59,818 nucleotides of DNA from an uncultured Alphaproteobacteria bacterium (GTDB lineage Bacteria; Pseudomonadota; Alphaproteobacteria; RF32; CAG-239). The stretch is from contig CALXRR010000002.1 in the NCBI GenBank assembly GCA_944390905.1, positions 1-59,818 on the forward strand. Reading direction: 5' to 3'. The position numbers and the translations under genes are program-made. Below are positions 53,501-59,800 of the stretch, in pieces. Within the stretch, counting starts at the first letter, position 1. Every line of letters begins with the position of its first letter. Below the pieces are notes generated by a model that saw nothing but the letters and a program-made list of their open reading frames with translations, made no database searches and had not been told where the DNA came from.

Positions 53501-54964
53501 AAATCTTTGAACATCGCCTTAACCCCTGATGGTGAATACTTGGGCGATATTCTTGAAGACGGCCGCGTCGTAGACAAGAGTGGCAAATACTTGGGTCGCC
53601 GCATGCCTGATGGCTTGATTATTGACGATGACGGCAACCTGATAGGTATTGAAGAAGTCCGCAAGCCCGAAGGCGGAGACTTGTTTATCCCGAGCGGAAC
53701 CTTTGGCCCCGGCGGAGCTTATGGAATAGGCAACGGCCCCGGAGGCAATTTAGGCCCTGGGGGCGGTTTTGGCAGTGGAGAGCGTTATGACCCTGAGCGT
53801 GCAGCAGCCTTGGCAGCCGCTCAACAAGCCCGCCGCCAGAGTATGGGCGTAGGCCATGTAGCCTCCAATGTCAAAAAAGAAAGCTTTGACGGCTACCAAA
53901 AGAACTGGGATAATGAAGGTATCAATAAGACAATTTCTTCGTGGCGCGTTGATATGAGCGAAATGATATTGGCCGACAAGCCGATACCGGCAGTTATTTC
54001 TCGTTCGATTGACTCCAACAACCCCACGCCGGTTACGGCTTATGTTGAGCGCAATGTTTACGCCGAAGAAGGTCGCAATATCATAATTCCGGCTGGCAGC
54101 CGCTTGCTCGGCACGCTTAACAGTATGGTCGCCAATTCAGAGACCACCTCGCAGTCAGCCAAAGTCCAAATCAGCTGGGAGCGTTTGATTCGCCCCGATG
54201 GCATTTTGTTCACCTTCCAAGGTATCACGGCTGACGCAATGGGTCGCGGCGGAGCGCTTGGCTATCTTGACCAGCAGCTCTTTAAGAAGTATACGCTTCC
54301 GGTCATGACCACTGCGCTCACCAGCTATACCGCCTATATGATGGCACCTAATGATAATTCGGAAAATGAGGTTGAAACCCCCAAACAGCAGGCAGCTAAC
54401 GATGCCCGCCAAAACTTCTTGACCCAAATGAACGAGGTCTTTTCAGAGATATTGGCTGATAAAACCAACATCCGCCCGCTGACTTATGTTCCGGCCGGCA
54501 CCCGCATTATAGTCTTCCCGAATGTTGACTTGTGGCTCAGAACCCCTGAAAGAGATGATGAAGTTTCTTCCGGCGGCAAGAGAAATCTGTTGATTGATGA
54601 TAAAGAAGTCAGCGCCCAAATCAGCGCTGAACAAGCAGCCAAGAACAATTCAGTCTCGGCCAGCGTCGGCGGAGTAGATGCCTCAGACCAAGTTCTGTAT
54701 CAGTCCAACTCCAACGGCTATACCGCCTCAGAAGCCCCAAAATTGATAGATGATGCCAGCGTCACCAATCAAATTCGGAGCCAACAGGCCGCCCGCCAGC
54801 AAAACATCAGCGGAGCCGTTCCGCCACCGCCGCCCTCCAGCAGCACCAGCTCGGCACCGGTATTGGTAAGCACGCCTTCGCCCACCCCAAGCAGCAGTTC
54901 CGGCAGTAGCTCATCATCGTCTTCTGCTAACCGGAACAACAATAGTATTCCGCAGTTATTCTGA
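50510..54964 (+). CDS. virB10: Giant VirB10 (1484 aa): N-terminal hydrophobic segment, about 1000 aa of 17-residue repeats, Gly-rich linker, TrbI/VirB10 C-terminal domain, Pro/Ser tail
   Basis: RBS AGGAGG then TTG at 50510. The repeat units include DNQLIGNITADSLIVNF / EGKLIGGAVPQGIAIGN / DNRLLGKVNNDGTVRVA / SGKIIGKVLPNGLVVDD. The C-terminal block is PIPAVISRSIDSN.PTPVTAYVERNVYAEEGRNIIIPAGSRLLGT......Q....V.ISWERLIRPDGILF.F.G.TADAMGRGG..GYLD, which is canonical VirB10/TrbI. Confidence 0.85.
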   Translation: MNKLLRKITRLGVFTLLVGLLKISGAQSLEITAIDFNGDLLGKVIPDGKVVSFDNQLIGNITADSLIVNFEGKLIGGAVPQGIAIGNDNRLLGKVNNDGTVRVASGKIIGKVLPNGLVVDDYYNVIGAVLFPGLVYSDEGKTVGRLTGDGVYSNLQGEVIGFLTPDGYAYRRTDRDISLDGRLISSKMIISPEGKFIGSIVPGGQITDFDGQNIGFIHANGLAYNEAGQIIGRLVRSGYAFDDNGAYIGFVMYNGEVVNKDGVIGHLLIDGRIADQNGKPIGFALDISATATDNEGKYLGRLIPGGQIVQAKETVGMVGPRGVVVDKDNNIIGEITRTGPIFDYKGRISGHALKDGSAISLGGNRIGYVVGKNSFDNTGSLIGKLFDYGQVIRLDNTPAGTVGISGRIINNKETLQASPFGYVYGPQGNVAGVLVDSGTLFSVNGGIAGYVNANGGLENKGAKLSGTLTQSGLALSPEGRVLGGIISALRAQTFSGNLLGLLSDGNQVLDTDNKMLAKILPDNSVVSALSSNSAELNPVVGHVNASDFAVNLSGRLLGYTTRTGRLKDTSGLYFGKSTGDGSALDTNGKYLGGLQNYAAVVDMSGELLGNITPQNQIRNYRGVNSGHVLLNGQAVAENGSIIGYAIPSGLIIDFNGKILGSISAGGDVLNNSNENLGKVDWQGRLYNAEGALLGSRISYYPVISFNHAIIGRSVIDGQIVNPNNQFIGRVQPNGNIVSESGNSIGSLFKYKFAFDNKNRFLGRVNNQAEVIDAEGKILGQVNFDGYVINNNEKIGYALYDLYIYDNNGRAQGYIESDGSILSFLSERLGQIDRGFMVDKNSKVLGRGNRDYTIRAEQNKPLGELRMNGDLIDYSGKTIGRLGSDGNIFDESGKVLAVATPLQYYNVTIDREKVYDAEGKVVGYLANDGNVYDENGKLIGKLNPDGTVSGSDGSIIGGIGTDWYEKVKLDIPDKKLPQVGIHKSEDDLELELKNKEYRKSLNIALTPDGEYLGDILEDGRVVDKSGKYLGRRMPDGLIIDDDGNLIGIEEVRKPEGGDLFIPSGTFGPGGAYGIGNGPGGNLGPGGGFGSGERYDPERAAALAAAQQARRQSMGVGHVASNVKKESFDGYQKNWDNEGINKTISSWRVDMSEMILADKPIPAVISRSIDSNNPTPVTAYVERNVYAEEGRNIIIPAGSRLLGTLNSMVANSETTSQSAKVQISWERLIRPDGILFTFQGITADAMGRGGALGYLDQQLFKKYTLPVMTTALTSYTAYMMAPNDNSENEVETPKQQAANDARQNFLTQMNEVFSEILADKTNIRPLTYVPAGTRIIVFPNVDLWLRTPERDDEVSSGGKRNLLIDDKEVSAQISAEQAAKNNSVSASVGGVDASDQVLYQSNSNGYTASEAPKLIDDASVTNQIRSQQAARQQNISGAVPPPPPSSSTSSAPVLVSTPSPTPSSSSGSSSSSSSANRNNNSIPQLF
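50612..53655 (+). repeat. In-frame degenerate 17-aa repeat array inside virB10
   Basis: It has the same period and the same G-x-[LIV]-[IL]-G ... [DN]-G-x-[IV] skeleton as the array in 47077..50508, but is more diverged. Confidence 0.75.
53930..54545 (+). other. TrbI/VirB10 C-terminal barrel domain region
   Basis: It runs from SSWRVDMSEMILADKPIPAV to TRIIVFPNVDLWL. See the motifs listed for the parent CDS. Confidence 0.8.
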
Positions 54965-54975
54965 TGAGGTAAAAT

Positions 54976-55947
54976 ATGAGTGATTTCAAAGTACTAGAAT
55001 CAGTTTTACGCCCGCTTTCCGCTTGGTATAATCAGGATAATATAGAGGAAGTAGCCATCAACAAAGCCGGTCAAATCTGGCTCCGCCTTCGCGGTAAAAG
55101 AGCTTATCCCTGGGTAATGTATAAGGATGAAAACTTAACCAAATCCTATTTGACAGATTTGTTGTATATCATTGCTAACACCTATGAATTGCCGTTTGAC
55201 CCGATATCCGGCTCACCGGTGGTTTATGCCAGCATCCCCGGAGACCATCGTTTTTCAGCGATTGCGGGCAAAAACGTGATGTACGATGAAGACGACTTGA
55301 CCGGTGGCATAGCTTTAACAATCCGTGTCCATGCTGATGACGTTGCCTTTGGATTAAAAGATTACGGCTTGACCCAAGGACACGGCTTGCACAAAATCAA
55401 CCCGTTAAAGGACATTAAAGACCCCAAAGACCCTTATGAACGCTTGTTGCTCAGCATCAAAAGGGGCGACCATATTTTAATCAGCGGCGCCACCTCCACC
55501 GGTAAAACGACCTTTTTGAATAATCTGCTCAAGATACTTGATTTGCACAAAAGAATAGTCACGATTGAAGACACGCGCGAACTTATAGTCCCGCACCCCA
55601 ACCGCGTCCACTTGGTTTTGTCGCGAACCGAGCAAACCAACGAGTTTAATTATTCTAAAGTGATAGACTTGGTGGTGCGCTTTACCCCGGACGCCATTAT
55701 CGGAGGAGAAATTTCCACCGGCAACGCCGGCGCAATATGGGAGCTGATGGGTTCCGGTCATGACAACTGCTTGGCGACCATCCACGCCGAAAGCTCAGAG
55801 GCCGCATACGAGGCTTTTGTTGACCGTATCTTGCATACTTATCCCACCATTGACCGCAACAAGACTATTCAAGAAATGCACCGCCGCTTGCGCGTGGTAC
55901 AAATCAGCCGCGAAGGCAACCTCCGCGCCGTTACCGAAGTCACTTAA
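54976..55947 (+). CDS. virB11: VirB11 T4SS ATPase
   Basis: Walker A ISGATSTGKTT, Asp box RIVTIEDTRELIV, Walker B AIIGGEI and His box GHDNCLATIHAES. 323 aa. Confidence 0.85.
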   Translation: MSDFKVLESVLRPLSAWYNQDNIEEVAINKAGQIWLRLRGKRAYPWVMYKDENLTKSYLTDLLYIIANTYELPFDPISGSPVVYASIPGDHRFSAIAGKNVMYDEDDLTGGIALTIRVHADDVAFGLKDYGLTQGHGLHKINPLKDIKDPKDPYERLLLSIKRGDHILISGATSTGKTTFLNNLLKILDLHKRIVTIEDTRELIVPHPNRVHLVLSRTEQTNEFNYSKVIDLVVRFTPDAIIGGEISTGNAGAIWELMGSGHDNCLATIHAESSEAAYEAFVDRILHTYPTIDRNKTIQEMHRRLRVVQISREGNLRAVTEVT

Positions 55948-55949
55948 AA

Positions 55950-57092
55950 CAAAGTATTTCCCTCTCCCATGCGCAGGTTTTCCCATCAAACATTTCCCTC
56001 TCCCGTGTAGGGAGAGGTCGACGACTGAGCCGTCGGGAGAGGGAAGCTGTGCCAGCTTCACCCCCTAACTTAGCTGTTGAGGAATAGGGGCAAAGAAGTC
56101 GCAATGCTCGCATGGTGCCGGCCACGATGCTCGTGGAGGCGGGGAGCCCCCGCTGGCATTAGTTAGCTGTTGCTTGTTCTGTGTTTTAATTAGTCGCGTT
56201 GCTTAAATAGTGCCGCCTGCCTATCATCTTGCACTGTCATCCTCGGACAAGCGCAGCGCGCCCCTCTGATCTATGCTTAATAAAGTATTTATGTTTAATC
56301 TTAAAATTATACCATTATAAAAAACATCCACCACAGGCTGGAACAGCCTGTGCCTCCGGCTCCGCCGGAGCCCTTTCATCATTACTCTTACCAACTTGCA
56401 TCTAAACATTTCCCTCTCCCGTGTAGGGAGAGGTCGACGACTGAGTCGTCGGGAGAGGGCAGCCCCGACGCGCAAGCGCCGGATTTGTTTTTTTCTCTTG
56501 CTATTCACCTCTTACTCTTACCCTCTTACTCTTACGCCTCCGCTTTTCAACTACCCTCATCCCTTTACCCTTGCCTCCCTAAAATCTGCTAGACAAAATT
56601 AGCCGCAAATACAATTTTACCCCAACCAAATATTCAATTCTTATTTTTCAGAACTCTTTATAAAAAACATCCACCACAGGCTGCAAGCCTGTGCCTCCGG
56701 CTCCGCCGGAGCCTCTTCCCCCCTTTTGCCTTCCCCTTTCTTCCAATCCTCTCCTCGTTTTTCTAAACACCAATCCTACGCTCTCCAATCCTTGCCCACC
56801 TTCATCCTCCTCCAACTCCACCTCTTTAATCCCCTCCCTAAGCAGGTAGACAAAATTAGCCAAACAACACTAAATATCTCTACTTCACCTTGAAAATCCA
56901 CATTTCACCATTACATCAAAAAGCGCTTGCAACCTTGGCGCCAAAGTGGTATCCTTAAAGTGCAGTCAGGAATTCCGGCTGTGGTGTCTAGAAAACACCT
57001 AACAACAAATATCCACCACGGCGTGGAGTGGGTGACATAAGCCTCTGGTCGAATAAGCCCGACTGCGTTGTTACAGTTTTCTAGCTCCGCGC
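55950..57092. repeat. 1.1-kb non-coding region saturated with at least four palindromic/interspersed repeat families and two G-depleted tracts
   Basis: - Repeat A is at 55988..56043 and 56404..56459.
- Repeat B is at 56316..56372 and 56659..56713.
- The box agacaaaattagcc is at 56591..56604 and 56848..56861.
- Repeat D at 56046..56079 has an inverted copy at 59604..59635.
- An inverted copy of the 1132..1180 module lies at about 56110..56175. Confidence 0.8.
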
Positions 57093-57151
57093 ACCTTCTG
57101 TTTCTGACAAAGGTGCGTTGTTTTAACTATAAAAACAATGGAGCTTTTGTT

Positions 57152-57889
57152 ATGAAAATACGCTTTTTATTAATAGGGACAAGTCTGTCCTTAATACCTC
57201 AAACTATTAACGCCCAATGCGTAGCCACACAAGATTGCGCGACTTTAGGCTATACCGAAACTTCTTGCTCCGGTGGCAGCGGTGTCAAATGCCCCTTTGG
57301 CAACAAATGGGCTTGCTTCAAATCCGAGTCGGAATTTTGCAATGAATACGGCTTCACTCAAACCTGCACCGGCACCAACCAAACCGGCGGCGCCGGAAAG
57401 GCTTGCAACGGAAAATACACCGAATGTACCTGCGCCACAGGCTATGAGTGGAAAGACGGCAATTGCCAACAACAAATCCTTAACGAAGCCCAAGGAGATC
57501 TATATTATTGCAACGGTACGGTCGTTGGTGTTAAGGCCAGTGGCATGAACTTCTATGTAGCAATGAAAGATTTAGGAGCTCTTGCTTGGGATAAGGCTAT
57601 GAGTAAATGTCAAAGCTATGCTTTCTGTGGAGATGTCACAGGAACCTTACCTACAAGGTCTCAATTGAAATCAATCTATAATAATAAATCACAAGTTAAT
57701 AGCTTGCTTTTGACAAATGGTGGAACACAATTGAGAACTTCCCCTCATTGGTCATCTGACTTCTACATCAACAATGAACACTACCCCTACGCCTACTTCA
57801 TGGATATGTCAAACGGTTGGGTGGACGATGACATCTACTTCGGCGCCGGATACGTCATCTATGCTCGCCCGATTCTCACTTCTTGGTAA
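57152..57889 (+). CDS. Secreted Cys-rich protein with DUF1566-like C-terminal domain; paralog of 60..1019
   Basis: It has the same leader, signal peptide and Cys-rich N-module as 60..1019, but a different C-terminal half (LPTRSQLKSIYNN...HWSSD...ARPILTSW). Confidence 0.6.
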   Translation: MKIRFLLIGTSLSLIPQTINAQCVATQDCATLGYTETSCSGGSGVKCPFGNKWACFKSESEFCNEYGFTQTCTGTNQTGGAGKACNGKYTECTCATGYEWKDGNCQQQILNEAQGDLYYCNGTVVGVKASGMNFYVAMKDLGALAWDKAMSKCQSYAFCGDVTGTLPTRSQLKSIYNNKSQVNSLLLTNGGTQLRTSPHWSSDFYINNEHYPYAYFMDMSNGWVDDDIYFGAGYVIYARPILTSW

Positions 57890-57900
57890 TCCTCAACACT

Positions 57901-58057
57901 GGCATTGTCATCCTCGGGCTTGACCCGGGGATCCAGTGCCAAGAACTAAACACCTGCACCATGTGAGCATCACGACTAATTAAAACACGGGACAAGCCAC
58001 CGCTAACCTAGGGCTCCACGGGCACCGTGGCGGCACCCGCTTCCACGGGCACCGTGG
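57901..58057. repeat. Second copy of the palindromic repeat module seen at 1037..1180
   Basis: ggcattgtcatcctcgggcttgacccggggatccagtgcc ... gccaccgctaacctagggctccacgggcaccgtggcggcac, plus an extra ccacgggcaccgtgg hairpin. Confidence 0.8.
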
Positions 58058-58909
58058 TTATTTTTCGTCGCGAGCCAAAATCCCCGGCACTGTTATAAAA
58101 GCTGGAGTCTTGCCGCCAAAAGAATTAAATTTTTTGATTAAGTCTAAAGCCTCTTTGTCAGCGGCCGGCTGCGGAATTTTCTTACTTGCCGTAACCTTTG
58201 ACGGGGCAGGGGTCTTAGCTTCGGCCGGCTTGCTAACCGTTGCCGCCGGAGCCGCCTGCTGTGCCTCTTGCTCTTTGGCTTTATCCACTTTAATTTCTTG
58301 CGGAGCTTTCAGGATTTTATCCAAAATATCCTGCGTTTCGCGAGAGCGCCGATTGGTATAAACAATATTCTGCTTGTCGGCGGGCAAAATCTCCAAAATT
58401 TTTTCAAGATTAGCCAACTGCTTTCTTTTTTTTATCAAGTTAATATCATCGACCACTAATATATTTGTCGCCGACAAGTCGATTTTTTGAGAATCAAGCA
58501 AATCAATCAACAAATCCGGAGAAGCAATAATCACGTTAGCCTCATTGTCAATCATCTCATCTTTATCTTTGAGGGTAGCGTCATTAATCTCATGATATTT
58601 ATTAAACAAAGCCAACTGGTCAGACACCATCACGGATTGCTCTGAATCCGGAGTAATAATCAAGATATTCGGTCCTTTTTTAGAGTTATCCTCATTAGCC
58701 TTGCTGATAATATCAAGCAAAGGAAACACATAAGAGCAAGTTTTTCCGCATCCTTGCGGAGCAATGGTAAAAATATCTTTTCCTTGCAAGATAGACGGGA
58801 TAACATCATTTTGCACGGTAGTTGGTTCAGTAATACCAAACTCTTCAATAGCCTTCACGGTTTTCGGGCTCAAACCTAATTCATCAAATTTCATAGTTGT
58901 TATCTTCAA
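58058..58909 (-). CDS. Degenerate, truncated DEAD-box helicase-like protein (RecA domain 1 only)
   Basis: The Q-motif region is FDELGLSPKTVKAIEEFGITEPTTVQ. Motif I is degenerate (APQGCGKT), Ia-like is LIITPDSEQ, and motif II reads VVDD instead of DEAD. There is no helicase C-terminal domain. It ends in an A/P/K-rich tail. Confidence 0.55.
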   Translation of the reverse strand: MKITTMKFDELGLSPKTVKAIEEFGITEPTTVQNDVIPSILQGKDIFTIAPQGCGKTCSYVFPLLDIISKANEDNSKKGPNILIITPDSEQSVMVSDQLALFNKYHEINDATLKDKDEMIDNEANVIIASPDLLIDLLDSQKIDLSATNILVVDDINLIKKRKQLANLEKILEILPADKQNIVYTNRRSRETQDILDKILKAPQEIKVDKAKEQEAQQAAPAATVSKPAEAKTPAPSKVTASKKIPQPAADKEALDLIKKFNSFGGKTPAFITVPGILARDEK

Positions 58910-59019
58910 TAAATAAAAGTTGTTAAAATTAATATTATTGTTATATTTAATTTATTGAAGTATTATTTATTTTATAGAGATAGTCAACTACTTAAGTAAG
59001 CCGACGGAGAAAAAACACC

Positions 59020-59568
59020 ATGTTAATGAGACGCCAAGATTCGCTTTTAGTTGTTATAGATGTTCAGGAACGTCTGGTAACGGCAATGGACAGCCCGCGC
59101 GAAGTCATCAGCACCTGTGCCAAGCTCATCAGTGTAGCGGAGCGGTTATCGATTCCTTTTATCATTACGGAGCAATACCCCAAAGGTCTTGGTCAAACGA
59201 TAATAGACGTCAGACAAGCCGCCGGAGATAAAGCTGATTATGTTGAAAAGTTGGAGTTTTCATGCGTTCGCAACGCGCAACTCATGGAGAAGATAAAATC
59301 CAGCGGCAAAAAACAAATCATTCTGGCCGGAGTAGAAACGCATATCTGCGTATTGCAAACAGCCTTAGAGCTGAAAGAGCTTGGCTATGAGGTATTTGTA
59401 GTATCCAACGCCACCTCATCGCGCAAAAACTTGCAGCATATATTCGCCCTCCAAAGGCTCAACCATAACGGGATAGACGTAGTTACTTATGAGATGGTCG
59501 CTTTTGAGTGGCTGGAAAAAGCCGGCACAGATGAGTTCAAAGAAATCAGCCGCAAATATATCATTTAG
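59020..59568 (+). CDS. Isochorismatase-family cysteine hydrolase
   Basis: LLVVIDVQERL (catalytic Asp), and ILAGVETHICVLQTALEL with the nucleophile Cys. 182 aa. Confidence 0.75.
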   Translation: MLMRRQDSLLVVIDVQERLVTAMDSPREVISTCAKLISVAERLSIPFIITEQYPKGLGQTIIDVRQAAGDKADYVEKLEFSCVRNAQLMEKIKSSGKKQIILAGVETHICVLQTALELKELGYEVFVVSNATSSRKNLQHIFALQRLNHNGIDVVTYEMVAFEWLEKAGTDEFKEISRKYII

Positions 59569-59741
59569 ACAAGGAGGCACCCGCCTCCTTCGCCCCAATC
59601 TGTCAACAGCTAGTTAGGGGGTCAAGCGGCACAGCTTGTGAATAACTCGGCGCGAAATAACCTCGCTTCCTAAGCTCTCAAAAGCTAAAAAACAGAGTTA
59701 CAAAAAATATTTCACATAAAATCAGGTGTTTATCAAAAATC

Positions 59742-59800
59742 TGTCGGGACATATTTGTCCCGACAAATGTGTCGGGACAAAAAAGTCATGTGTCGGGACA
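59742..59800. repeat. Cluster of four copies of the 10-mer TGTCGGGACA (one inverted) at the window edge
   Basis: Copies lie at 59742-59751, 59756-59765 (inverted, TGTCCCGACA), 59770-59779 and 59791-59800. The last two sit inside an 18-nt direct repeat gtgtcgggacaaaaaagt. Confidence 0.8.

Noticed and set aside
47749-53655. 51-nt periodic DNA as a non-coding tandem repeat or satellite.
   Set aside because: The periodicity lies entirely inside two very long uninterrupted ORFs and stays in frame. The repeat is better conserved at the protein level than at the DNA level, so it is a coding repeat.
55795-56863. ORF-track entries in the post-virB11 region (55795..56061, 55940..56125, 56224..56508, 56350..56592, 56396..56602, 56648..56863).
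   Set aside because: They run through palindromic repeats A, B and D. The same peptide (RRLSRRPLPTREREMF) appears in two ORFs only because the repeat is duplicated. Others translate G-depleted low-complexity tracts. None has an RBS or a recognisable domain, so I treat them as repeat-generated artefacts.
56316-56868. Possible CRISPR array (repeated hairpin-containing units separated by unique sequence).
   Set aside because: There are only two units, the repeats are about 55 nt, the 'spacers' are of unequal length and compositionally biased, and no cas genes are present in the window.
1-58057. The whole 57-kb interval between the two direct Cys-rich gene/repeat cassettes as one mobile island.
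   Set aside because: The interval contains core genes (rsmE, cmk, rpsA, gpt, tRNA-Arg). No integrase, transposase or relaxase is visible. The flanking similarity is better explained by a dispersed paralog family.
59571-59590. Hairpin aaggaggc-accc-gcctcctt after the isochorismatase gene as a rho-independent terminator.
   Set aside because: The stem is good, but it is followed by cgcccc rather than a T-run. It sits about 13 nt upstream of the repeat D copy (59604..59635), in a repeat-rich flank, so I did not call it a terminator.
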